A DNA stretch of 64,000 bases from Rebecca billardiae RCC1528 (taxonomy: Eukaryota; Protista; Haptophyta), in NCBI GenBank assembly GCA_965240325.2, contig OZ251238.1, forward strand, positions 992,001 through 1,056,000. Direction: 5' to 3'. The notes under the pieces were generated by a model, which was given only the letters and a program-made list of their open reading frames with translations, searched no databases and had not been told where the DNA came from. This document shows, one piece after another, positions 11,497 to 23,043 of the stretch; position 1 is the stretch's first letter, and the number at the start of each line of letters is the position of its first letter. A program made the position numbers and the translations under genes.

Positions 11497-13035
11497 ATGC
11501 AGGGTCCGTCGAGGTCCAACGCGGCGAAGCTGCGCATGCTCGCGCTCGCGTACGCACTGTCAGCGGAGTTCGTGAGCACCCTGCCAGTGGGCGAGGGCAC
11601 GCCGCCGCTGCGCTCGGCGTCCGAGCACGTGCGCGCGCGTGCGCTTCTCGCTCTCGGGGACGAGCCACCGACGACGAGCGGCGCCGACGGCGCTGGGTGC
11701 GAGGGCGAAGCGTGCGGGCAGAAGCCAGGCGCGTCCACGTACATCGATGGCACCATCGCCGCACACCACATCGCCACGCGCGCGAATGCGGGAGGCGTGG
11801 CGATGGACGAATCGGCAGTGTCAGACAAGCGACTCGCCACTGCGAGATGCCTCCAGCGGGTGGGGCGGGACGACCAGGCGTTCGTCCTGTCGCCCGACAC
11901 GCCACTGGAGAAAGTCACGTTCGCGACGTCGGTGCTCCTCGCCCTGGCGGGCTTCATGTCCATGGGGTGGCTGGTGATGCGCGCGCCCGCCACGCGCAGC
12001 GCAACCTCGAGCGCCCTCCTGCTGCTTGGTGGCGCGCTGCTCGCGAGCGCCGACGGCGTGACGGACGTGCTGCTCGCGACCGAGTGGCTCCGGTGCGGCC
12101 ACACCGTCTGGGCGGCGATCGCGCTCAGCTGCGTCGGGCTGAACACGCTGGTGGCGCTCCTGGCCGAGGTGCTCAGGAGCTACATCAGCGGCGAGGGCTC
12201 GAGCTGGCGAGAGCGCGCCGGCGCGGCGCTGTCCAGCGTGCTTCAGCTTGGCGTGGTGCATGCGGCGGTGGTGCGCGTGTGGCGTGGCGAGCACATGGAC
12301 GTGAGCAAGGCAGGGCGCGTGCTCGAGCTCAAGCTGTTCGAGGTGGCGCTCGAGGCGGCGCCGCAGGTGTTCCTGCAGGGGTACGTGCTGCTGTGGCTGG
12401 GCGCGGGGCGCGCGTCGGCGCTGTCGTGGGTCTCGCTCGCCGTCTCCGTCGCGGGCATGAGCCTCGTGCTCGGCGATGTGCATGCCGGTATGATGGAGGC
12501 CGCAGGGTATGGCGGCGGGCGCGAGGGTCGGGTGTGTGAGGACGGCGCCAGGCACGTCGCAGCGCGCGCGCTGCCTCCGCTCGGCGTGGTGAGCCGCGCG
12601 CTGCCGATCGCGCTGTTCGGCTGCGCGTTCGGCAACTGGCTGGCGCCGACGCTGCTCGGCGCGTTCGCCGTGCTCGTCGCCCTCGATCGCTTCGCGCAGA
12701 GGTACCTATTGGCGTGGTGGTGTGGGCCGTGGGGCCAGGCCTTGTTCTACTCCTTCTTCCTCCTTGCGGCCACGCCCGTCGTGCAGCTGCACAGCGCCAG
12801 CAGCACCGCGCGAGGCGAGGCGCGCATGGTCGCATGGACCGCGGCGGTAGAGCTCGCCCTCACAGCCAGTGCCCTCGGCCTGCCGTCGCCCTGGCGCGCT
12901 GTGCAGCCGGCGGGCGTGCTGGCGGGCGCCGCGTGCGTGTTCGGCGTTTGCTGGCTGGGCCGGGTGGGCGCAGCTGTCGTGCTGCTGCGCGCCAAGGCGG
13001 AGAACGAGCGCGAGTGGCTGGCGGCGCTGCGCTGA
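11497..13035 (+). CDS. XK-related (Xkr scramblase-like) multi-pass membrane protein, copy 1
   Basis: Signal-like N-terminus, DGVTDVLLATEW, XK-family motif LKLFEVALEAAPQVFLQGY and many TM helices; intronless. Confidence 0.7.
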   Translation: MQGPSRSNAAKLRMLALAYALSAEFVSTLPVGEGTPPLRSASEHVRARALLALGDEPPTTSGADGAGCEGEACGQKPGASTYIDGTIAAHHIATRANAGGVAMDESAVSDKRLATARCLQRVGRDDQAFVLSPDTPLEKVTFATSVLLALAGFMSMGWLVMRAPATRSATSSALLLLGGALLASADGVTDVLLATEWLRCGHTVWAAIALSCVGLNTLVALLAEVLRSYISGEGSSWRERAGAALSSVLQLGVVHAAVVRVWRGEHMDVSKAGRVLELKLFEVALEAAPQVFLQGYVLLWLGAGRASALSWVSLAVSVAGMSLVLGDVHAGMMEAAGYGGGREGRVCEDGARHVAARALPPLGVVSRALPIALFGCAFGNWLAPTLLGAFAVLVALDRFAQRYLLAWWCGPWGQALFYSFFLLAATPVVQLHSASSTARGEARMVAWTAAVELALTASALGLPSPWRAVQPAGVLAGAACVFGVCWLGRVGAAVVLLRAKAENEREWLAALR

Positions 13036-13265
13036 CTGCTGCTACGAAGCCTTATACCGATCGGCAGTACTGGTGACAGTTGGGCTGTTGGCGGGCGTCG
13101 ATCTCGCCTGCCTGAGCTGTGTGCGTCTCTTATTCTTAGTAAACTGTCACGCCCGGAGTCCCGGACTCAGGTGCGGTCCGGCAAACCCCAGCCGGAGCAG
13201 TCCTGCCACTGGGCTCGCTGCCGCTGCGATCGCAGCTGAACGCGCTTCGGGACCATATCACCGAC

Positions 13266-13736
13266 ATGATGCACCGCGGCGTCGCGCTCGCGCTCTGCAT
13301 TGTGGTGGCGTCGCCTGCGCGGGTGAGCGCCCTGCGCTCACCTTCGGCGCTTCTTGGGAGCCGGCGTTCGTTCCTCGTCACGCTCTCCGGCCTCAGCCTT
13401 GCGTCATCGGCGCGCGCAGAGACGGCGCCCGTTCTGCGCGAGGGTGACGGTGCGCGGTGCGAGAACGGCTCCGGCGCCGCGTGCGAGGCCGCAGCGGACA
13501 GCGAGCTGATCAGGGAGCTGCAGGCGCGCTCAAAGGCGAACCGCGAGAAGAACGAGCGCGACGTGCGCCGACGGTGGGAGCGCAACGCCGGGTACGAGGA
13601 GTATTTCCAGGTTCTGGGCCAGAAGCTGGTCGAGGTGGAGGACGGCAAATACACGCTCGTGCCGGAGGCGGAGTACGCCAAGTTCGTCAAGGAGCAGCGG
13701 GCGGCGAAGGGCGCGGGCGCACCGGCGGGGCAGTGA
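13266..13736 (+). CDS. Thylakoid-lumen PsaN-like protein with signal/transit/Tat presequence
   Basis: Signal peptide, twin-Arg SRRSFL, hydrophobic stretch and ARA cleavage site. Mature part LIRELQARSKANREKNER...YEEYF resembles the PsaN-like family. Confidence 0.65.
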   Translation: MMHRGVALALCIVVASPARVSALRSPSALLGSRRSFLVTLSGLSLASSARAETAPVLREGDGARCENGSGAACEAAADSELIRELQARSKANREKNERDVRRRWERNAGYEEYFQVLGQKLVEVEDGKYTLVPEAEYAKFVKEQRAAKGAGAPAGQ

Positions 13737-13938
13737 CTGGAGTGCTCCGCATCTCGTTGTGACGTCCTCCTCCTTGGCCGGCTTGCATGATCCTGAGATG
13801 GCTCCAGTCGTGCTGAAGTGACGCCTGGTCATGGGATGGTGCCGTGCGCACGCATGTCGGAAGCCAGACTGCTATCACGCTGCATCATGATGATGACGAT
13901 GACAGCTCAGTTCATCAGATGGCCGATGACCATCAGCG

Positions 13939-13941
<3 letters not shown>

Positions 13942-13973
<32 letters not shown>
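13942..13973. repeat. (TA)n microsatellite between convergent genes
   Basis: Direct reading of the sequence. Confidence 0.95.
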
Positions 13974-13975
<2 letters not shown>

Positions 13976-14178
13976 CAATAATAATATATATATACTACGC
14001 ATACTGTACGCGACGACTGACCGGATATAATCATGTTCATTACTCAATAAGGGCGCACGGGACGAGTATAGTCCGGACGACCGACGCCACGGACGAGGCC
14101 TCGCGTCACGCGCCGCCGTCGCACTCTGAGTCTGACTCGTCAGACTCTGATGATTGCCGTGCCACCGATCGTCACGCA

Positions 14179-15594
14179 TCACCAGCCGCCGCCACCGAGG
14201 AGCGCGCACACGCGCTCGACATACGCGCGCTCCGCCCGCCCGATCACCGGAACGCCGTGGCGCCCGTCGCCGTGCCGCTCGTGCCGCTCGGCGAGATCGA
14301 CGCGCAGCAACACGAGGTTGCTCACCGAGAGCGGCCGCCGCCGGTCGTATCTCGCGAGCGCGAGATTGTGCACGCTCGAGTCGTACGGCTGCCCGCTCAC
14401 GGCGCAGCGCATCTGCCAGCCGGCGACCGCGACGAGCTCGGCGCCCTCGGGCGAGACCGCCGCCGCCGTCTCCTTCGGCGCGACGCCGAAGGCCGCCGCC
14501 TCGCGCTCGACGAGCCCAGCATGGAGCCGAGTCCGGAGCTTCCCGAGAATCCGGGGCGGCGGCTGCGGCGGCAGCGGCTGGCGGGCGAGCTGAGCCAGCG
14601 CGGCGAGGCACACCGCCTGGCCGATGCCCGCGACGGCGGCGGCGTGCATCGCCGCGAGCGCGGGCGGGGCCGAGGACGCCGCGCCCTCGGCGAGCGCCGC
14701 GCCCACGAGGGGCGCGAGCGGCTCCGCGCACATGAGCACGGGCGTGGCGCTCGCTGCTGCCGCGTACGCCGCACGCGTGGCGTCGTCGTCGTCGTCGCCG
14801 TCGTCGTCGCCGTCGTCGTCGCCGGTGCCGTCGCCTGTGCGGAGCGCGGCGTGCGTCGCGTGCACGAGCGCGTCCGTCGCGCAGCCGTCGGCGAGCGTGC
14901 TGTACAGCAGGCGCGTGAGGTCCGTGCGCAGCTCGCACTGCCCCACGCTCAGCGCGGCGACGCCCTCGCGCGCGCACGCGCGCATGAGCGCCGCGCGCCG
15001 CCCTGGCACCCTCTGGCAGTCAATGACGAGTGTGGGTGCGCCGAGCACGCAGCGGCGCATGGCCGCGGCGCCGCCTCGAGCGGCGGGCGCGGGCTCGGCG
15101 GGCTCGACGGCGGCGTCGAGCACCACCTCGATCTGCGCTGCTGGCACCGTCTGCAGCAGGTGCTCGCGAAGCACCTCGGCGCAGGGGCGGCCGAGATCGG
15201 CCATCTCGGCGACGGCGTCGGTGGCGAGCGACGCGCGCGAGACGCGCGCGGCGCTGACGAGGCGCACGCGGGGCACGCCGCCGCGCACGAGCATGTGTGC
15301 GACGTGCGTGCCCACGCCCGAGCCGAGGCCGACGACCACGACGAACGCCTCGCGCAGCCGTGCGTGCGCGCCCTCGCCGTGGAAGGCGCGAGAGCGCGAG
15401 AGCTGCTCGAGCATCAGCCCGCGCGCCTCGGCAGCCATTGTGCCCGGCCAGAGCGGCGGGAGGGGCGAGGCGTCGAGCGGGGGGTCGCTCAGCTCGGGCG
15501 GCGGTGGGTGCCGCCGCCGGCGCGCCCGCCGCGCGAGCGCCGCCAGCCCCGCCAGCCCCGCGAGCAGCGCGAGCCAACGGCGCGAGTCCGCCAT
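14179..15594 (-). CDS. ThiF/E1-like tRNA threonylcarbamoyladenosine dehydratase (TCD1/2-like), degenerate
   Basis: N-terminal anchor; EQLSRSRAFHGEGAHARLREAFVVVVGLGSGVGTHVAHMLVRGGV; C-terminal LARYDRRRPLSVSNLVLL...ERHE as in TCD1/2. Confidence 0.75.
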   Translation of the reverse strand: MADSRRWLALLAGLAGLAALARRARRRRHPPPPELSDPPLDASPLPPLWPGTMAAEARGLMLEQLSRSRAFHGEGAHARLREAFVVVVGLGSGVGTHVAHMLVRGGVPRVRLVSAARVSRASLATDAVAEMADLGRPCAEVLREHLLQTVPAAQIEVVLDAAVEPAEPAPAARGGAAAMRRCVLGAPTLVIDCQRVPGRRAALMRACAREGVAALSVGQCELRTDLTRLLYSTLADGCATDALVHATHAALRTGDGTGDDDGDDDGDDDDDATRAAYAAAASATPVLMCAEPLAPLVGAALAEGAASSAPPALAAMHAAAVAGIGQAVCLAALAQLARQPLPPQPPPRILGKLRTRLHAGLVEREAAAFGVAPKETAAAVSPEGAELVAVAGWQMRCAVSGQPYDSSVHNLALARYDRRRPLSVSNLVLLRVDLAERHERHGDGRHGVPVIGRAERAYVERVCALLGGGGW

Positions 15595-15782
15595 CGTGCA
15601 GCCCAGGGCGAGGGCGGGCGCCGTGGCAGGCTGGCAAGCCGGCTCGCTCGGCTGCGCATCGATTGCGCGCCGCGCGGCGCCACGCGAGGCGGCGAGCGTC
15701 GCGCGTCGGCGGCGCGCGCGTCGGCAGTGAGCGCTCGCGCCTCGGCCACGCACAGGCCGCCGCGCGAGCTCCCGCTCGGCCC

Positions 15783-18679
15783 ATGTCGATCTACCGCCCG
15801 CTCCTCGCGCCGTCGGAGGTGTCGCACTGCGCGGCCGGCGTGTTTGTCCGCGCGCGCGGCTCGCTCGGCGGCGTCGGGCACGCGGAGCAGCTCGCGCTCG
15901 CGCGCGCGAACGTGGTGGAGATCTACGGCGTGCAAGACGCGCACGCGCCGTCGCCCAGCCTCCGCCTCCTCGCGCGCGCCGAGCTGCATGGCACGATCGT
16001 GGGTCTGCACACGCTGCCGCGCCGCGCGGGCGCGGCCGCGGCCGCGTGCGACAGCCTGCTCGTGTGCGTGGCGGACGCGAAGGCGTCGGTGCTCGCGTAC
16101 GACCACGACGCGGGCGCCATCGCCACCTCGTGCTACTACGACCTCGAATCGCTGCGCGACACCGCGCTGCCGCTCGCGCCCGCGCCGCCGCCGCTCGCCG
16201 CGGTCGCGGCGCGCTCGCGCTGTGTAGTCCTTCTCGTGTACGGCCACGTCCTCGCCGTGCTGCGGCTGGGCGGCGGCGGCGGCGGCTCGTCGCGCGGCGG
16301 CGCGCTCGGAGCCGCCGGCGCGAGCGCCGCGCGCGCTGCGTCCGCGCGCGCGCGCGCGCGCGCGGCGGCGGGCAGCGCAGCCGCCGGGCCGCCCGGCGGC
16401 GGCGGCGGCGGCGGCGGCGCGGCGGCACCGGCGGCGCCGCCGCCCGCCGTCGGCCGGTGCGACGACTGGTACGCGCTGGACCTGCACGCATACAACGTGC
16501 GGCACGTGCGCGCGCTCGCCTTCCTCCACGGCTACTCCGAGCCCACGCTCGCCGTGCTCCATGAGCCGGTACAGAGCTGGGCGGGCCGCGCGCGCGCGCT
16601 GCACGCTACCTGCCAGGTGACGGCGCTTTCGATCTCGGCGCCGATCTCGATCTCGGCGCCGATCTCGATGGCGGGCGGCGCGGGCGCGGCGCGCGGCGCG
16701 AGCGCCGCCGCGGCGCGCCGCGCCGCCGTGCGCGTGTGGGAGTGGCGCGGGCTACCGCTGGACGCGCACGCGCTCCTGCCAGGACCCCCTCCGCTCGGCG
16801 GTGCTCTGGTTCTGAGCCAGAGCGCTGTGTTGCATGTGGGGCACGCGGGCGCGTTCGGCGTGGCGCTGAACGAGTACGCGCGCGGGCCGGTGGCGGCGGC
16901 GGCGGGGGCGCCGGCGGCGGACGACGCCGAGGAGCCCGCCGCCGCCGACGCCTCGGCGCCCGACGCCGCCGAGCCGCCGCTGCCGCTAGCGGAGCCAACG
17001 GCCTTTGGTGGCGCGGCGGCGGTGCCTCCGGTCGTGGTGGTCGCGCCGGTGGCGGTGCTGGCGGCGGCCGGCGGCGGCGGTGGTGCGGCACGTGGCGCGG
17101 CGGCGTCGCCCGTCGACCGGTACGTCCTCGGCGGGCGCGACGGCGCGCTGTACGAGCTCGTCGTCCGCGGCGACGGGCTCGGTGCGAACGCTATCGGCAT
17201 TCGTTCGCTCGCGCTCGCAGCACCGCTCTCGTGCGCGTGTGCGCTGCGCGCCGTGGCGCGCAGCGCGGCCGCGGCGCGGGAGGGCGCGACGCGGAGCCTG
17301 CTCTTCCTCGGCTCTCGGCACGGCGACTCGATGCTGCTCGGCGCGCAGCTCGAGCCGTGCGCCGACGCGCCGCGCCCCGCGCCGCGCCGCGCCGGCGCGC
17401 GTCCCGACGGCGGCGGCGGCGGCGACCCGCACGCGCGAGGTGACGGTTACGCCGACGGTTACGCCGACGGTTACGCCGGCGGTGACGGCGACGAGAGCGA
17501 CGCGAGCTACGACGCGCACAGCGCGGAGGAGCGCGCGCTGTACGCGCTCACCCCCGCCCCGCCCGGCCGCGCGCGCGCCGCGTGGCGCGCGGCCGCGCTC
17601 AGCCTGCGTTGCCTTGATGCCCTTTCGTGCGCAAGTCCCTTGGTGCACCTGAGCCTGGCCGGCGGGCGGCTGCCGGAGAGCGAGCGGCGGGCGGCGGCGG
17701 CGCTGGGTGCGCCGCGCGGCAGGCCGGCCGAGGCGATCGGCGCGTGCGGCCGCGGCGCGTACGGCGCCCTCGCGGTCGTCCACGCCTCCGTGCGCGCGCG
17801 CGTGCTCGCTTGTGTGCAGCTGGGGTCGACGATCGAAGGCGCGTGGTCGCTGCCACAGCGCGCGGAGCCGCGCGCGCGGCCGAGGCCGGCGCCGAGCAAG
17901 GCGGCGCGGGAGGAGGAGTGCGTCGGCGAGATGATGGAGGTCGACTTCGACCTGATCGAGAACGACGACGACGACGAGCTCGACGGCGGCGCCGGGCCGG
18001 GCGGCGGTGGGTCCAACGGCGCCGCACCACACGCGGCGGCGGCGCGTGGCGTCGGCGCGCGCGGCGTCGACCCTGAGCACCCGAACCCTAACCCTAACCC
18101 TAACCCCGAGCACCACGCGTTCCTCGTGCTGAGCGAGCCCGACGGCACGCGCGTGCTCGCGAGCCGCGCGGCCGAGCCCGGCGCCGACGGCGGCGCCCTG
18201 GACGAAGTCTCCGACGAGTCCGGCCTCGAGCAGTCCGGCCCGACGCTGGCTTGCGGTCCGGTGCTCGGCCGGGCGGCGGTCGTGCAGGCGGCGGCGCGCG
18301 GCGCGTCGCTACTCGTCGGCTCGAGCGTGCGGCACCGCGTGAGCTACGCGGAGCTGCGCGGCGGCGGCCGCCGCGCGCCCGCCTGCCCGCCCGCGGTGAG
18401 CGCGCGCATCTGCGACCCTTTCACACTGGTGCTTCTCGCAGATGGAACCGTGCTCTGTGTCGAAGCGACGGAGGCGGCGGAGGCGGCGGCGGAGGACGAG
18501 GCGGAGGGTGCAGCCGGCGGCTTCGGCGGCGGTGGCGCGGGCGCGGGCGGGGGGATGGCGCTGAGGCGCGTGGGCGCCGCCGAGCCCGCGGCGGGGGGCG
18601 TCACGGCCATCGCCCTGCACGCTGTGAGCGGCGCTGCCGCCGAGCGCTGGCTGGGCACTGGCGCGGGCGCCGGCTCGGC

Positions 18680-18714
<35 letters not shown>

Positions 18715-21700
18715 TGCATGGACCGTGCCCCGCCGCGGGCGCGCCGGCCGCCGCGTGCGCGGCCGATGAGCCGAGCTACGACCGCGCCTCGGCCGAGGAG
18801 GCGTGGCTGTACGACGTGGCGGAATCAAACCGCTTCGCCGACGGTGCCGGCGAATCGCACGTGAGTGCCGGCAGCGGCGCTGGCGGCGGCGCGGGCGGCG
18901 CGGCCGCGGCAGCCGCCTCGCTCTGCAACGGCGCGGCGGCCGAGAGCGCTGCTGCGAGGGCGGCGCTCAAGCGCAAGCGCCCCGCCTCGCCGCCGTCGGC
19001 CCCCGAGCCGGCGGCGCCGCGCGTGGTGCTGCGCGTGTGCGCGCACGCGAGCGGCGAGCTGCGCGTGTGCGCACTGCCCAGCGGCAATGGTGGCAGTCAG
19101 CCGCACTCCGAGCAGAGCCCAAATTTTGGCAGGCTGCTATTCCGCTGCCTCCCGTTCGCCTGGCTCCCGGAGGTGGTCGCGTGCGACGGCTCGTCCGACG
19201 AGGCGGCGGCGGCGGCCGCGGCGCTCGCCGTGACGGGCACGAGGCTCATCGACGACGAGGACGACGACGAGGAGGAGGGCGAAGGCTCTGCGGCGCCCGC
19301 GGCGGATGGCGCGCCGCCGCAGCCGCCCGGCGCGCCCGCGGCCGCCGCCTCTGCGCTCGTGCGCGCGCGCGGCGGCGCGGGCGCGCCGACGGCGAGCGCC
19401 GCGCCCGGCGTCGCCGCCGCCACCGCCGCCGCGTGCCCGCCGCCGCACGTCGTCGAGGTCTGCCTCAGCGAGCTCGGTGGCGGCGGCGGCGGGAAGGGCG
19501 GCGCGCGCGCCGAGCCGGCCGTGACGGTGCTGTGCGCGCGCGTGCGACCGGACGGCTTGTCGGACGGCGCCTGCGACCAGCTGGCGGTCTTCATGCAGTT
19601 TGAGATCGAGCCGGCGGCGCCGGCGGGCGCGACGAGCGCCGCCGCGAGCGCCGCCGCCGCCGCCGGCCGCGCGCCCGTGCCCGCGCTGCCCGGCGCCGCC
19701 ATCCGCTTCCGGCGCGTGCCCGAGCAGACAGAGGGCGTGCCAGCGGACGCGGCCGCTGCCGCGGCGTGGAGCGCGGCGCGCGCGCACGGCGGCGGCGCGG
19801 GCGGCGGCGCGGCGCGGCGCGGCGCGCCGCCGGCTCGGTTCCCGCTGAGCCCGGCGGCGGCGGGCGCGACGCTGCACCAGCTCGACGCGGGCGTGAACGG
19901 CGCGGACGTGGGCGGCGGCGCGTGCGTGCTCGTCGGCGGCCTGTGCCCTCGCCTCATTCTCGCGCTGCGCGGCGCCGTGCGCCTCGTCTCGCTCCGGCTC
20001 CCGGACTGCAGCGCCGCCATCACCGCCGCCGCGTCTCTGCACGGGCCGGGCTGCGCGCGCGGCGTCGCGATCGGCGACGCGAGCGGCGCGCTGCGGCTGT
20101 GCCAGCTGCCCGCGGTGGGCGGCGGCAGCGCGCTCGACGTCGACGACGATCCAACTGCCAGCCATTCCGAGCCGCCGCCGCGCCGCGCGCCGCTGCCGAG
20201 CTCAAGCCTCGAGATCCGAGGCGGGATTGTGACGAGGATCCCGCTCGGCTGCACGCCGCACCTGCTCGCGAGCGTGCCGCCCGCGGGCGTCGTGGCCGTC
20301 GCGGTCTCGTCGCAGGTGCACGCCGCGCCGGCGAGCGGCGCCAAGGCGGCGCGCGCGGACGAGAAGGCTGGCGCGACCGCGACGGGTGGCGACGGCGCCG
20401 CCGCCGCCGACGGCAGTGCCGAGCCGCCCGCCGAGCCGGCGCAGCCTGAGGATGGCGGCGGCACCGGCGGCGGCGCCGCGGCCGCGCCGCGCTTGCCGCC
20501 GGAGCCGAGCGAGGCGTACGAGCTGCGCCTCTTCTGCGCGCAGAGCTGGGAGATGCTAGACAACCGACGGCTGGGCGCGGACGAGTGGGCGCTAGCGCTC
20601 AAGGTGCGTAGGGTGGGGCCGCCGCCGCGCGCCCGAGCTCGGAGGCGTGGGTGAGGGCTGGGGCGGGTGGCGGAGGGCCGCCGTCGCGCGCCCGCGCTCG
20701 GAGGCCCGTGCGCATGCGCCGTCTGAGCGCGCGCGCGCGCACAAGTGGCGCGTGCTGCGCTGCGGGTTAGCTGGCCACGCACCGCGCGCCCCTCGGCTGT
20801 TTAGCCCTAGTGGCGCGCACACCTCGCCCGTCCGAGCGCTCCGGGGCCCGCGCCGCCCCGCGTCCGGTACCCCCCCGCGCGCCTGTGCGCCCTGTGCGCA
20901 CGCCCGCGTGGCGCCCTCGTGCCCCGCCCTCCGCGCGAGGGCCGTCTTCGAGCAAACCCGCGCCGCGCCGCCGCCCGCGTGCGCCGACCGACCGCGCGGC
21001 CGCCGCCGCCGCCGCGCCGCCACCCCCGTTCGCGCGCGCAGGCGGTGCAGCTGAAAGTGCTTCCGCGCGTCGACGTGTTCCGAAGGGGGCGCATGCGCGC
21101 GTCGCAGGCGCGCGTGCCCGCGCGCACGCTGCTCGCGCTCGCCACCGGCCAGAGCCGGGCGGAGGACAAGGCGGCCAACGGTCGCCTGTTGCTCTTCGCC
21201 GTGGTGCCGGCTGAGTCGGACGCGGCGGCGGACCGCGCCGAGCGGACGACGAGCGTGGCCGCCGCGCGCGCGGCGGAGGCGGGCGGCGGCGGCGGCGACG
21301 ACGGCGGCGATGAGGGTGCCGCCGACGCCGACGGCGCGACGTCGGGCGCGCGAGACGGCGCCGCGGACGGCGCTGACGGCGCGTCTGCCGAGGCAGTGTG
21401 CTCGGTGCGCGCCGCGCCAGTCGCTCCGACAGTTGACGCCAGCCACGCGCTCGGCGGCGTCGGCGGCTCGCACGCCGCCGCGCTCGGCGGCGGAAGCGCC
21501 CCGCGCACCGCGGGCGGCGGCGCGGACGACGCAGCACACCGCGCCGCCGGCGGCAGCCCCGCCGCCGCCGCCGCCGCCGAGCCCGCGGCCGCGGCGCCGA
21601 TCTCGCGGGGCCGGTGTCGGCTCCAGCTGGTATGCACGCACGCACTCCGCGCGCCAGTCACCGCGCTCACGCCGATGCTAGGGATGCTGCTGGCCGCCGT

Positions 21701-22966
21701 CGGCACGCGGCTCATTCTGTATGCGCTCCGCGAAGACCAGCCGCCGCAGCCGGGCGGCGCGGCGGCCGCGGCGGCCGCGGCGGCGCGCGCGCGCCGCGCG
21801 GCGGGCGGCGCGGGTGGCGGCGGCGGCGGCGGCGAGGCAGACGACGGCGGCGGCGCGCCGGCGGCGGGCGTTCTCTCATCGCTCGAGCCGGTCGGCATCT
21901 TCGACGCGGCGTTCTACACAACCGCGCTCTCGGCCATCAAGAACTACGTCCTGGTCGCCGACGCCGTCCGCGCCGTGCGGCTGCTCGTGTGGCGGGAGGG
22001 CGCGCTCACCTTCGAGCTGGTCGCGGCGGATTCTCGCCGGCTCTCGGCAGTTTCCGGAGAGTTCCTCGTGGTGTGTGCGCGCACGCACACGCGCGCGCGC
22101 GCCGCGCCTGCCTGCCGGGGGCGCTGCTGGGTGCCGCACACACGCGCGCGCGCGCCGCGCCTGTCTGCCGGGGGCGCTGCTGGGTGCCTGCCGGCTGCGC
22201 GCGCGCGAGCACTCTTGCGCGCGCGCCGCGTGCCGCGCACGCGCCCGCCGCGCCCGCCGAGTGCCGCTGCGCACGCGCCCACCGCCCGCCCTCGATGGAG
22301 GTGGGCTCTCTCTCACTCGCGCGCTCGCTCGCTCACTCGGCCTGCTCGGGTGTGTCTCGCGCCGCGCCACGGCCCAACGCCCCCCAACGCCGCCTCCGCC
22401 CGCAGGACGGCCGGACTGTCACGCTGGCGCTGACGGAGGGCGCGCGCTGCGTGCACCTCCTCGGCTTCTCGCGCCACGGCGACGAGGGCGCGGGCGGGCA
22501 GCGCCTGCTGCCGCGCGCGTCCGCCCACCTCGGCGCGATTGGATCGACAATTCTGCGCGTTCAGCTGCCGCGGCTCCCGCCGCCGCGCGCGCCGCCGGGC
22601 GCGCTCGCGCCGCCGCCGCCGCCGCCGCGGTACGGCGCGCTCGTGGCGCTGAGCGACGGCGGGCTGCTGGGCCTCTGCCCGCTCGACGCGCCCGTCTTCC
22701 GCCGGCTCGCGCTGCTGCAGGAGAAGCTCGTGCGCGCGCTGCCACACGCGGGCGCGCTGCACCCGCGCGCTTACCGCGCGCAGCGCACCGCCGCCGCGTC
22801 GGCCGCGCAGCTCAGCGCCACGCTCGATGGCCACCTGCTCAGCGCGTACGCGCTGCTGCCGATCGGCGCCCAGGAGCGGCTGGCGCGGCAGATCGGCACG
22901 CACAGCACGCGGCTGCTCGCAGACCTCGCCGAGGCGGCGGCCATCGCGCCGCGCCTCTTCGGGTGA
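15783..22966 (+). CDS. CPSF1: Cleavage and polyadenylation specificity factor subunit 1 (CPSF160); exons 15783-20603, 21042-22070, 22406-22966
   Basis: DSLLVCVADAKASV, FLHGYSEPTLAVLHEP..SWAGR, LFLGSRHGDSML, CGRGAYGALAV, IKNYVLVADA, FRRLALLQ...GALHPRAYR...LDGHLL. Contains many Gly/Ala insertions. Confidence 0.92.
18085..18106 (+). repeat. Telomere-like (AACCCT)n repeat inside the CPSF1 exon
   Basis: aaccctaaccctaaccctaacc, translated in frame as a (PN)n tract. Confidence 0.85.
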
Positions 22967-22975
22967 TGACGACGT

Positions 22976-23043
22976 ACTCTGATGATGATCGACTCTGATG
23001 ATGATCGACTCTGATGATGATCGACTCTGATGATGATCGACTC
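22976..23043. repeat. 16-bp tandem repeat (ACTCTGATGATGATCG) x4 just after the CPSF1 stop
   Basis: Four exact copies plus a partial fifth. Confidence 0.93.

Noticed and set aside
22976-23043. Possible CRISPR array
   Set aside because: Contiguous tandem units without spacers, eukaryotic context and no cas genes.
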